From: an uncultured delta proteobacterium
GTDB lineage: Bacteria > Desulfobacterota > Binatia > Bin18
Direction: 5' to 3'
DNA length: 64,000 nt
Assembly (NCBI GenBank): GCA_963733195.1
Contig: CAVTCR010000055.1
Span: 1 to 64,000 of the forward strand
The notes beneath the pieces were generated by a model. That model did no database searches. It saw only the letters and a list, made by a program, of their open reading frames with translations, and was not told the DNA's origin. Position 1 is the stretch's first letter. Each line of letters opens with the position of its first letter. The translations under genes were made by a program, and so were the position numbers. Below, in pieces: positions 1 through 10,105 of this stretch.

Positions 1-700
1 GGGCTATCGGACGCAGGCTCTGCCGGTTGCTCGTTAATGAGGGTTGGTCTGTGATTGGCACGACCCATTCTCTAGAAGGCACCCATGCTTCGCGACCTCG
101 GCGTTGAGCCAGCGATCATGGATGTATTCAATGGAGCACTACTACTCGAAATAGTTCGCAAAGCGGAACCTGAGGTCGTTGTTCATCAGCTAACCGACCT
201 TCCTCCTGCGCTGGACCCTGCGAAAATGGCCGAAGCGTTAGTCCGCACTGCGCGCCTCCGAGAGATCGGCACACGCAAATTGGTCGCCGCTACTGTCGCC
301 GCAAGCGTGAAACGGATGGGGGGTCGAACCCTCGCATTCGTTTACGCGCCCGGTCCGATGCCCTACCGTGAGGACGCGCCGCTGAATCTGGATGATCCTG
401 TGTTCGGTGAGAACGCACGAGCTGTCGCCAAGTCTTGAACAACAAGTATTGGCCGCTCCGTTAACCGGGATCGTTCTGCGATACGGAAAACTGTATGGGC
501 CAGGGACGGGTTTTGATCTACCAGCAAGCGATGGGCCGCTGCACGTCGATGACGCTGCGGATGCGGCGCGACGAGCGCTTACTCGCGGAGAAACTGGTGT
601 TTACAACATTGCGGAGGACGATGGCACTGTCTCCATCAATAAGGCGGCTGACGCGCTGGGCTGGGTGCCCGGGTTCCGTTTAGACGAACACAAACGCTAA
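1..700 (+). CDS. NAD-dependent epimerase/dehydratase (SDR) family, 5'-truncated by window edge, frameshifted; cassette 1
   Basis: Window starts in the Rossmann Gly-rich region (AIGRRL). Later motifs are VVHQLTDLP, LRYGKLYGPG, HVDDAA and GVYNI. Split over ORFs 85-438 and 392-700; the stop overlaps the attC R'' box. Confidence 0.8.
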
Positions 701-821
701 CAAGTCGGTGGAGACGAACCGCCGCCCCGCCTCTCCGCTCAAAGTCGGGCGGCAATTTCATGAGCGCCTCGTGCGCTCCACCGTCCCGGTCGGCGGCGGT
801 CGCTCACCTCTGTCGTTAGGT
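695..821 (+). mobile_element. attC: Integron attC site 1
   Basis: CGCTAAC...GTTAGGT core ends. Inner arms ggtg(g)ag(a)cga(a)ccgccgcc / ggcggcggtcgctcacc pair with extrahelical bases. Confidence 0.88.
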
Positions 822-899
822 ATCAGAACGCTGTCTGACGCTCTGAAAAGATAGTGCAACATTGAGACAACGAGACAGGAACAAGAAAGAGGGCCTGAG

Positions 900-2077
900 A
901 TGAAACAGCAGTTTCCCACCGAACGCGAAGCAAAACGGCGAGCACTTCTTCAGGCCGTTGACAACGTGCGACCCATCCTGGCCGCAAACGCTGAGGAAGC
1001 CGAGACTATGCGGACGCTCCCGCGGGGCACGGTAGCGGCGCTCCGTGAGTCCGGTCTCTTTGCGCTCAAGACGCCTGCCGTGCTGGGGGGAGCTGAAGCC
1101 GACCCGATGACCCAATTCGACATTCTCGAAGCCGTGGCCTATATCGACTCCTCCGCTGGCTGGTGTCTCAGTATCAGTGCGGCCTCGCTCGGCTTGGCTG
1201 CCGCGCTGCTGCCCAACGTCGCGGTGGCGCAGATCTTTGCTGGCGACCAGGTGCCCACGATGGCTGGAGCGCTGATGCCCGGCAAAGCTGTGGCGGTTGA
1301 TGGAGGGTACCGCGTGAGCGGACGCTGGTCGTGGGCCAGTGGTATTCGCCATGCGGACTGGGTGACGGCAACTGTCCTGATAGACCACGCTGAGGCACGC
1401 CCACCCGAGCTGCGGATGCTAATCGTTCCGGCTGCGCAGGTGGAGATTCTCGATAACTGGCATGTCGCCGGGATGAAGGGAACGGGCAGCTTCGACTTTG
1501 CGCTCTCCGATCTCTTTGTCCCGACGGCCTTCTCGTATGATCTCGTCGCGCTGCAGCCGCAGCGCGGAGGGCCGCTCTACAGGCTGGGCGTTCCAGGGTT
1601 TGTGATCCATGAGCATGCGGCATTTGCTTTGGGGGTGGCGCGCCGAGCGTTAGATGCCATCATAAGCTCGCGCAAGACGAAAGGACGCGGTTATGGCAAG
1701 GCAGATGCCGCTGGCTTACTCGGGCGGTGTTCCAGCGGGCGGTCGCCGAAGGAGATCTTAAACTGCGCGCCGCACGGGCGCTCATCTTTGAAGTAATGGA
1801 GAACGCGTGGGCGACCGTGTGCGCGGGGCGCCCGTTTGACCCACGCCGACAAGCTGAACTCCGCAGCGCGACGGTGTGGGTCAACGATGTCGCCTTGGAA
1901 GTGACCGCTACCGCCTTTCGCTACGGTGCCGGTAGTGCAATCCGGTTAGACAACATCCTGCAACGCTGCCTGCGAGACCTCCAGGCTGAGTCGTCGCATC
2001 TGCTGATGAATGACTCGGCGTATGAGAACTACGGGCAGTTCCTCCTTGGTCTGCCTGAAGCTGACCCGATGAGGTGA
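900..2077 (+). CDS. Acyl-CoA dehydrogenase-fold flavin-dependent hydroxylase (HsaA/NcnH-like), frameshift near 1720; cassette 2
   Basis: GYRVSGRWSWASG, WHVAGMKGTGS and LQRCLRD motifs; ORFs 900-1796 and 1727-2077. Confidence 0.85.
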
Positions 2078-2133
2078 GACAAGTGAAGGACAGTTCAACA
2101 AAGAGAGGGTAAGAGACGGGTGCGACAAACGAT

Positions 2134-2231
2134 TCCTCACAAGTCGTTCCACCGCATCGCCGCCCTGTTGTGGTTCTGCTAAATCTGAAAGGGTGCGTTT
2201 GAGCAGCTCGCGGTGACCGGGAGCGTTAGCC
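2134..2231 (+). mobile_element. attC: Integron attC site 2 (degenerate R'' TCCTCAC)
   Basis: Ends in GTTAGCC; caccgc/gcggtg inner arms; same ~100-bp layout as neighbouring attC sites. Confidence 0.75.
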
Positions 2232-2262
2232 CCTTGACCGGTATGTGATTGTCCTGTCTTAA

Positions 2263-2833
<571 letters not shown>

Positions 2834-2871
2834 TCGGCGACGTTAGCCTGCTCGGATAAGAAGGGAATCTG

Positions 2872-3288
2872 ATGTCAGCAGAAAACAAAGCTGTTGTCCG
2901 CCGTCTCATCGACGAGGTGTGGAATCAAAGAACCTTCGACGTGCTGGATGACCTCTTCGCTGCCGATGCCCTCGTTCACGACAGCGGCGCACCCTTGCCC
3001 ACGCGTGGGCCGACGTGCGCCCGGGAGGGTATCGGCGCGGCTTGCGCGGCGTTTCCCGATATTCGGATCAACATCGACGACCTCTTTGCCTCAGACGACA
3101 AGGTCGTGCTGCGCTGGTCCTCCCACGGTACACATCGCGGTGAGCTGCAGGGCATCCCACCCACCAACCGTCCAATGACGATGACGGGCATTGCGATTTA
3201 CCGATTCGCTGACGGCAAGATTGTTGAGGAGTGGATGAACAACGATACCTTGGGCATGTTGAGACAGCTCGGAGTAGTACCCGGATAG
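2872..3288 (+). CDS. SnoaL-like ester cyclase; cassette 4
   Basis: ENKAVVRR...AFPD...GTHRGEL.GIPPT...GKIVEEW...LRQLG. Confidence 0.9.
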   Translation: MSAENKAVVRRLIDEVWNQRTFDVLDDLFAADALVHDSGAPLPTRGPTCAREGIGAACAAFPDIRINIDDLFASDDKVVLRWSSHGTHRGELQGIPPTNRPMTMTGIAIYRFADGKIVEEWMNNDTLGMLRQLGVVPG

Positions 3289-3327
3289 CACTGGCCGTTG
3301 TTCGAGCTCGCATGAGCGAGGCTCGCA

Positions 3328-3426
3328 GACTAACATTCCACTGCGCTGTATTGCCGTCCGGTTGCAGATTGGGGAAAATTCGAACGGTCTCGTTTGGGCG
3401 ACAAACAGTGACTGGCGGCGTTAGCC
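3328..3426 (+). mobile_element. attC: Integron attC site 4
   Basis: GACTAAC...GTTAGCC; cactg/cagtg inner arms; 99 bp. Confidence 0.85.
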
Positions 3427-3494
3427 CGTTGAGGGAAGCTTCCAACTTGCTCTCATTGGTTGTAGCTTGCTGTATACTATGAAAATATACACCC

Positions 3495-3809
3495 ATGATC
3501 GACTTCGAGAAAATCGAAGGGTTCGATTGGGATGCCGGTAATGATCGTAAAAGTGCAGACACACACCAGGTCAGCCAAGCTGAAGTCGAGCAGGTCTTTT
3601 TCAACGTGCCGCTCGTGCTCGCCCCTGACGTAAAACACAGCCAGACTGAGCCTCGCTTTCACGCCCTGGGGAAGACCACGGCGGGACGGTTGTTGCACCT
3701 TACGTTCACCCTGAGATTTGATGGGAGAAAGATCCGCCCCATCTCTGCCCGCGATATGCATCGCAAGGAAAGGCACGTGTATGAAGAGCAAGCTCAAACC
3801 ACTCCCTAG
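3495..3809 (+). CDS. brnT: BrnT family toxin; cassette 5
   Basis: GFDWDAGN..K...H.VSQAEVEQVF...IRPISARDM. Confidence 0.9.
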   Translation: MIDFEKIEGFDWDAGNDRKSADTHQVSQAEVEQVFFNVPLVLAPDVKHSQTEPRFHALGKTTAGRLLHLTFTLRFDGRKIRPISARDMHRKERHVYEEQAQTTP

Positions 3810-4116
3810 ATTCAAAACCGAAGCGGAAGAACGCGCATTCTGGGAGACGCACGACTCAACGGAGTACGTGGACTGGTCCACGGCGCGACGAGTGCGATTC
3901 CCGAATCTAAAGCCCTCGACGCAAGCCATCTCGTTGCGTCTGCCGGTCTCGCTGCTTGAACAGATTAAGGTAGAGGCCAATCGACGCGATGTCCCCTACC
4001 AGTCGCTGATCAAAGTGTGGTTAGCGGAGAAAGCTGAGCAGGGGCAGGGGACAGCTTACGGGCTAACAAGTCATTTCACCCGACCGCGGCCTGCGAGCGG
4101 CTCTGAGCGAACCTGA
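3781..4116 (+). CDS. BrnA/CopG-type antitoxin; ORF reads into attC5
   Basis: F.TEAEERAFWETHDS...ISLRLP...PYQSLIK.WL. Confidence 0.88.
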   Translation: MKSKLKPLPRFKTEAEERAFWETHDSTEYVDWSTARRVRFPNLKPSTQAISLRLPVSLLEQIKVEANRRDVPYQSLIKVWLAEKAEQGQGTAYGLTSHFTRPRPASGSERT

Positions 4117-4159
4117 AAGGACCCATTTAGGCCGCGACGAGTGACCGTCGACGTTAGGC
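4061..4159 (+). mobile_element. attC: Integron attC site 5
   Basis: GGCTAAC...GTTAGGC; cgcggcct / aggccgcg arms; 99 bp. Confidence 0.9.
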
Positions 4160-4199
4160 GTTATGACATCAACTTTTGCCAAGTGAGAGAGGAAACACG

Positions 4200-5153
4200 A
4201 TGATTGACCGTAACTTTGAGATGCTGAAGACCAATGGGGTCACGTTACGCACCGTAGTCGAAGGTGAGGGGCCTCTCGTCATTTTGCTGCATGGGTGGCC
4301 GCAATGCTGGTATCTCTGGCGGCACCAAATCGACCCCCTCGTGGAAGCGGGGTTTCAAGTGGCGGTGCCCGATCAGCGCGGTTTCGGCGGCAGTGATCGG
4401 CCACCTGCCGTCGCCGACTACAACATTCGTACACTCGCGGCTGACATCGCTGGCATCGCTCCTGCCCTTGGTCACGACAAGTTCAGGCTGATTGGTCACG
4501 ACTGGGGCTGTGTCGTGGCCTGGAACACGGCGCTGTTACACGAAAAGACCTGCCAAGCCGTCATGGGGTTGTCCGTGCCCTTTTGGCGGGTGACAGCTGA
4601 TGTGATCAACCCGCCGGGCATGGATGATCGTTTCTGGTACATCCGTTATTTTCAGCAGCCGGGAGTCGCCGAGGCCGAGCTTGAGCGCGACCTGGAGCAG
4701 AGCCTGCTCTCGATCTATTACACCCTCTCCGCAGACGCGCCGCCGACAAGCTTTATGAAACAGTTGGAGCACCCAAAAACGAGCAGCCTCCTCGATACCA
4801 TGGTGACGCCGAAGCAGCTCCCCTCCTGGCTCACCCAAGAAGATCTTACGTATTATGTCGAGCAGTACCGGTCGAGTGGCTTCCGGGGTCCGATCAATTG
4901 GTATCGCAACATTCCAACCAACACCGACATCACTCCGGAATTGGAGTCGAAACGGTTCACACAGCCCGCCGCCTTCGTCGCCGGTGCAGCAGATGACGTG
5001 CTCCTCTACGACCCCAACTGGCGCACCACGTTCCCCAAGGCGTTCGATGATCTGCGGTTTATTGAAATTGTGGAAGGCGCGGGGCATTGGGTGCAGATGG
5101 AAAAGCCCAAGGAAACGACGGCGCTGATCCTGCGCTTTCTCCGGGGACTCTGA
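4200..5153 (+). CDS. Epoxide hydrolase-like alpha/beta hydrolase; cassette 6
   Basis: HGWP, DQRGFG, GHDWG nucleophile motif and GHWVQME. Confidence 0.9.
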   Translation: MIDRNFEMLKTNGVTLRTVVEGEGPLVILLHGWPQCWYLWRHQIDPLVEAGFQVAVPDQRGFGGSDRPPAVADYNIRTLAADIAGIAPALGHDKFRLIGHDWGCVVAWNTALLHEKTCQAVMGLSVPFWRVTADVINPPGMDDRFWYIRYFQQPGVAEAELERDLEQSLLSIYYTLSADAPPTSFMKQLEHPKTSSLLDTMVTPKQLPSWLTQEDLTYYVEQYRSSGFRGPINWYRNIPTNTDITPELESKRFTQPAAFVAGAADDVLLYDPNWRTTFPKAFDDLRFIEIVEGAGHWVQMEKPKETTALILRFLRGL

Positions 5154-5185
5154 ACAGCCGAGCGACCCACCGAGAGGGCCAGGAC

Positions 5186-5901
5186 GCCTAATCGGGTAAG
5201 GACGGTCATCGCTGACCGCCCTCCCCACACCACCTAGCATGCGGGTCCGCACTAGGCGGTTCAGGCAGGATGGGAAGTGAGACAAGTCTCCCCCAAGGCT
5301 GGGTCGATGACCCTCCGCCGTGAAGTCACTACCTGGTTCAGGTCTGGCTCGTCGAGGTGGTCACCCCTCCGCCTTGTCCTCCCTGTTCGGTCCTTCACTC
5401 GGCCTCGAAGGGTGGTGAGCTATATGACCGCGGCTGACTTCTGCTCCGGGCTCAGCGCGGCTTACGCCTACGCTGCAGTCGTTTCCGTGGCACGCCACTT
5501 CCCAGGACACGGAGCAGATCTCCCCGGATAAGAACGTGAGTGGTTACGGCACAAGCGCGCCATTTACCCCATCCCCCGATTCACCGGACTTCGTTGTGTG
5601 GTGCCAACTCGTCCCAGGGAAACGAGCCTTCTATGGCGTTCGTGTTCCTCGCCTCGCCGTACCGTCGCCGGCTTCCTTCAGACCTCACCTCGCGGTGACG
5701 CCCTTGCCTTGGACTCGTAGTTATCCTCATGGTATCTTGCGATTCATGAAGGTGAACCTCCTACAGGGGACTTACACCCCCACACTCACGCCCATGCCGG
5801 GCGTACACATGATGCGCCCACCGCATCGCCGCCCGCGTGCGGTTCTGACCGAAGCCGAAGGGCCTCGGCTGGGCGGCTCGCGGTGAGCTTCAGCGTTCGG
5901 C
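5186..5901 (+). mobile_element. attC: Integron attC site 6, interrupted by a group II intron
   Basis: Removing 5191-5806 restores GCCTA|AC...GTTCGGC, 100 bp. GCCTAAC is complementary to the cassette's 5' GTTAGGC. Confidence 0.88.
5191..5806 (-). ncRNA. Group II intron, class IIC (attC-targeting), lacking an RT ORF
   Basis: Minus strand begins GTACGCCCGGCATGGG and ends with domain V (GAACCGCCTAGTGCGGACCCGCATGCTAGGTGGTGT, CGC triad) and domain VI ...CCTTACCCGAT. Only 616 nt long. Confidence 0.88.
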
Positions 5902-5925
5902 GGACACCGGATGTGTGAGATTAGA

Positions 5926-6162
5926 ATGAATCAACCAGAGTTTGAATCATTTCCGGCAGAGGTAGCACTCAGGCTTAAGACCTACGTTTACCGACTCATT
6001 GACCCGCGAAACGGGGAGACCTTCTATGTCGGGAAGGGACAGGGCAATCGCGTGTTTTCGCATATTCGCCTTGAGCAGAAGCTGGAAGGTGACGAGCTCG
6101 ACAACGACGTGAGCGCCCGCGCTAAGACAGCACCTTCGTTCACGCAAAGGAGGATTGTATGA
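5926..6162 (+). pseudogene. Truncated GIY-YIG (LEM-3-like) nuclease N-terminus; cassette 7 remnant
   Basis: YVYRLIDPRNGETFYVGKGQGNRVFSH motif; recognisable similarity stops near 6110. Confidence 0.7.
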
Positions 6163-6286
6163 GCCAACACACTTCTGAAGTGATTCGTAAACCGCAGACC
6201 GACACGCGACTGCTGGACGATATTCTTTCCGAATACAGCTGCAAAAGCTTGGCGCGAGATTGGCAGCCCAGTACATATTCGAAACG

Positions 6287-6694
6287 CTAGGGAAGGAGCC
6301 AATCTTCTAGTTGGAGGTCGGCAACCCGAGATAAATGAGCGGTGTTATGCGTGACCAGAACCACATCATTCACCAGAGCAATGGCTGCCATGAGCAGATC
6401 AGCATCTTCTATGAGCTGACCAACCGCTCGCAGATCAGCATAGATCTTTGCCGCCCTATCCAGAGCGGCCTGGTCGAACATGACAATGCCTTGTGCTTGC
6501 CACAGTCGCTCGAAAACCGCCAACTGGGTCTGCGCGCCGGCAAAGAGCAATCCTCTCTTCGTCTCGTAGTAACTGACCGCATTGAGCATCACAGGATGAC
6601 CTGCGACTTCTGCCTGCCGGATGCGTTGCATCACCAACGGGTTTCTTTTGAGGTGCGCTGTGACAATGTTCGTATCAAGGGTGTAGCCCGTCAT
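6287..6694 (-). CDS. vapC: VapC/PIN domain toxin
   Basis: LDTNI...E...DLLMAAIAL....LVTHN..H..RV..L.LEDW. Confidence 0.92.
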   Translation of the reverse strand: MTGYTLDTNIVTAHLKRNPLVMQRIRQAEVAGHPVMLNAVSYYETKRGLLFAGAQTQLAVFERLWQAQGIVMFDQAALDRAAKIYADLRAVGQLIEDADLLMAAIALVNDVVLVTHNTAHLSRVADLQLEDWLLP

Positions 6695-6936
6695 AGGTCC
6701 AGTTCTCGACCGCCGAACCAGGGACGTCGCTGCGTTGCCTCATCGAATCGTTGCCACTGCTCTTCCGTGAGATTTTCCAGAGCCGCTTCAAAGGCATCCA
6801 GCGCAGCCAAGCGTCGCCGGATTTCCTCTGTCACTTCCGGCACGGTGACCTGGACGTGTTCGCCTTCCGGTAGCGTCACCGTCTCAAGCGGGCGGAACAC
6901 CCCGTTTTCATACACTGCTTCAATCGTTCTACTCAT
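6691..6936 (-). CDS. DUF104/AF2212-like antitoxin
   Basis: IEAVYENGVFRPL...LPEGE.V; overlaps the vapC start. Confidence 0.88.
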   Translation of the reverse strand: MSRTIEAVYENGVFRPLETVTLPEGEHVQVTVPEVTEEIRRRLAALDAFEAALENLTEEQWQRFDEATQRRPWFGGRELDL

Positions 6937-7184
6937 CAGGCTGCTCCTCGTTCGTACCTACAACGATAGCAGGGAGAGGAAATACAACAAGCAGGAGTTC
7001 GTAAAAGAGCATCGCAGGGCAAAAGCTGAAACCCAGCACATCGCCATTGCGCCACATCAGTATGAATCCGTACGTGAACGGACGCGGTGGAGCGGAGGCC
7101 CGTAACGGCAGACGTTACGGGTCCCAGAGCATTACTTGACACTGTACAAAGCAACTCACGCAAAGGAATGCTGAAAGGAAACGT

Positions 7185-7516
7185 ATGGAAGAAGGACAAC
7201 GAAGTTTGACAGCTATCGGGTCAGCGATGATGCGAGCCGCACACCTGCTCATAGATGATGACCCCAAGATCTTGCGGGATGAGCTGGCTGTAGGACTCAG
7301 CGGGTTCGAAAGCGAGACGGCCCTACGTGCCGCTTTGGAAGCGTAGCGCGCAGAGGTGGCACAACGATTCACCCCAGATTTTGCACGGTTCGAACTCAGC
7401 AGCCTCCGTGCCATTATGGCCGTGCGCAACCGCTATGCAGAAGACGAACTGAAAACCGCGCTCCAACATGGCGTCACCCAGTACGTGCTGTTAGGGGCGG
7501 GGCTCGACTCCTTCGC
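7185..7516 (+). pseudogene. SAM-dependent methyltransferase (LCM/YktD-like) fragment with internal TAG, 3' part deleted
   Basis: SLTAIGSAMMRAAH...RNRYAED...QYVLLGAGLDSFA, then runs directly into a half attC. Confidence 0.75.
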
Positions 7517-7582
7517 TTGCAGTTCGGGATGAACCTGAACGGCTGCGGTAGGGCGGCGGCAGGTTGACTGACGACGTTGGGC
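7517..7582 (+). mobile_element. attC: Right half of an attC site
   Basis: ttgcagttcgg..gaacctgaacgg...gggcggcggcaggt..gacGTTGGGC closely resembles the right half of attC3. Confidence 0.75.
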
Positions 7583-7712
7583 GTCTGCCTGACACGGAAC
7601 GAGCAAATTAATAATCCTGCTGCCAGCGCGACATCCCCCGTGCGCCGTCGGCGGAGCTAGAATGCAAGGCAGGACCGAAATGATCCGGCTTCAGTCCGGA
7701 TGGGAGGAACTG

Positions 7713-8659
7713 ATGTCAAGACTTGAAACGTCCATTCTGCTGGGCGCTGTGGTGATGTTGGCAGCGGTCGTTCCGGCATCAGCCGCGGACAGATATAAAG
7801 GATTCGAGCGGGCCGAGGCACTTATCACGGTCCAGGAGCTGAAACAGCTGAGCGAGGCCAAAGACCCCAAACTTGTGCTGCTTGGCGTAGTCGAGCCGAT
7901 ATCTTCGGGGCCGGTCATATTCCTGGGTCTGTTAATATCTGGCGGCCGGACTATGAGCAGCCGGTGAGTCCGTCGCAGCCGATTGAAGGCTTGTTGCTGG
8001 GGCGCCAAGCATTCCAGGATTTTGCGCGCGGCCTTGGCATCGACAACGACTCACGCGTTGTCGTTTACGACGAGAAATATGACGCGACAGCCATATGGTG
8101 GGCTTTCTTCCTGTACGGCAAGACCGACGTGCGGGTGCTGGATGGCGGGTATCCGGCGTGGAAGGCCGCTGGTTACCCGACAGAGTTCTCTCTCAGCGGT
8201 GCCCGGCCTGCGCGGGTGGGGGATTTCGTGGCCCGGCAACACGGCGCCGCCTGGCTCGCGAGCATGGAAGACGTCCGGCGCGCCCAGGCCGCCAGCGACG
8301 TGCGGGTCTGGGACGCGCGAGAACCCGCCGAATGGACCGGCGAGGAGAAAAAGGGCAACGCACGGCGCGCCGGCCGCATTCCCTGGGCGACGTTCCAGAG
8401 TTGGCAGGAGTACCGGACCGAGATTGACGGCAAAGCCACGGCCTTTAAGACTGCCGCGGAGATTCAGCAGGTCATCGACAAGTTCGGCATGGATCGTCAA
8501 CAGACTCACATCTTCTACTGCCAGTCTGGCGTCCGCAGTACAACCGCGATCTTCGCGCTCTATCTGATGGGCTGGAGTCCAGAGCGGCTCTTCAATTACG
8601 AGGGGTCATGGCTCGAGTGGAGCTACTACGATCAGAATCCCGTCTTGACTGGCCACTAA
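7713..8659 (+). CDS. Double-domain rhodanese/sulfurtransferase with N-terminal signal peptide, frameshifted
   Basis: VLDGG..AW, GRIPWA, YCQSGVRS active site, YEGSWLEW; hydrophobic leader ending ASA-A. Confidence 0.85.
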
Positions 8660-8800
8660 CCTCACGCACGGCCGCCTTACCATGGCGGCCTGCATATCTG
8701 CCACGACGGCAGTGCCCGGCGCATAAAGTCGGCGCCGCAACTCGGGACTCGCTTCCCAATGCAGGAAGTCCGTACCCGAAATAAGAAAGAGCAGTCTTCC

Positions 8801-10054
8801 ATGTGGATCAAGGACACAAGCAACGAGGAACGCAAGACGCTGACCGCAGCGTTTGCCGGCTACGCGACCGATGCCTTCGACTATATGATCTACCCCATGC
8901 TCATCCCGACGCTGATCGTGGTATGGGGCATGACGAAAGCACAGGCGGGCTACATCGCTACCGGTGCGCTGATCACCTCGGCCATCGGCGGCTGGGCGGC
9001 TGGCGTGCTGGCGGACAAGTATGGGCGCGTCAGGATGCTGCAGCTCACCGTGCTGTGGTTCTCCTTCTTTACCTTCCTGAGTGGATTCACCAACTCCTAT
9101 GAGCAGCTCTTCGTCACCCGCGCGCTGCAGGGGCTGGGCTTCGGGGGCGAATGGTCGGTGGGCTCCGTGCTGGTCGCCGAGATGATTCAGGCGCGCCATC
9201 GCGGTAAGGCCGTGGGCCTCGTGCAGAGTAGCTGGGCAGTCGGCTGGGGGGGAGCGGCGATCGCGTTCTGGGCGGTGTCTGCCCTGGTAACGCCAGAACT
9301 TGCGTGGCGGATCTTGTTCTGGCTCGGTGTGCTTCCGGCTTTCTTGATCTTCTACCTCCGGCGCAACCTCAAGGATCCGGAGGTCTATCACGCCAACCGG
9401 GCCAAGATGAAGCAGGACGGGGACGAAGGCAGCTTCCTGGAGATTTTCTCCCCGACGCTGCTCAGCACGACCCTGCGGGCGAGCCTGCTCGCGACTGGCA
9501 TGCAGGGCGCGTACTATGCGGTCACTACCTGGCTACCAACCTACCTCAACACAGAGCGCCAGCTGTCGGTACTGAACACCAGCGGCTATCTCCTCGTGCT
9601 GATCCTCGGGTCCTTCCTCGGATGCCTCACCAGCGCCTACCTCTCTGACCGCATTGGCCGCCGCCACTGCTTCATGCTGTTTGCCTTCAGTGCCGGCGTG
9701 CTGATCATCACCTACACGCAGATCCCCATCACCGACTCGCTGATGCTGCTGCTTGGCTTCCCGCTCGGCTTCTTCCTCAACGGCATCTTCGCGGGGATGG
9801 GGGCATATCTGAGCGAACTGTTCCCCAGTCGGGTGCGGGGTTCCGGCCAGGGCTTCTGCTACAACGTCGGTCGCGCCGTCGGCTCGATCTGCCCGGCACT
9901 GGTCGGGTACCTGAGCGACACGATGCCTCTCGGGATCGCGATCGGCTACATGGCGGCAGGCGCCTACTTGTTGGTCATCCTGAGCGTCCTCACGCTCCCC
10001 GAGACCCAGGGGTGCGAGCTGACGCCCGCGATTGACCCCGTTCCGACCATGTGA
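8801..10054 (+). CDS. MFS transporter (aromatic acid/sialate-like)
   Basis: DAFD, G.LADKYGR, GLGFGGEW and ELFP.RVRG motifs; multiple TM segments. Confidence 0.92.
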   Translation: MWIKDTSNEERKTLTAAFAGYATDAFDYMIYPMLIPTLIVVWGMTKAQAGYIATGALITSAIGGWAAGVLADKYGRVRMLQLTVLWFSFFTFLSGFTNSYEQLFVTRALQGLGFGGEWSVGSVLVAEMIQARHRGKAVGLVQSSWAVGWGGAAIAFWAVSALVTPELAWRILFWLGVLPAFLIFYLRRNLKDPEVYHANRAKMKQDGDEGSFLEIFSPTLLSTTLRASLLATGMQGAYYAVTTWLPTYLNTERQLSVLNTSGYLLVLILGSFLGCLTSAYLSDRIGRRHCFMLFAFSAGVLIITYTQIPITDSLMLLLGFPLGFFLNGIFAGMGAYLSELFPSRVRGSGQGFCYNVGRAVGSICPALVGYLSDTMPLGIAIGYMAAGAYLLVILSVLTLPETQGCELTPAIDPVPTM

Positions 10055-10105
10055 GCCTTGTGCGGAGGGCTACACCAGCCGTTTGATAAAGAAGGAGCGA
10101 GCACG

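Noticed and set aside
5277-5886. Plus-strand ORFs 5277-5531 and 5536-5886
   Set aside because: They are antisense to the structured intron RNA and have no protein motifs.
8654-8750. attC after the rhodanese gene
   Set aside because: CACTAAC is present, but there is no complementary GTT end or long paired arms.
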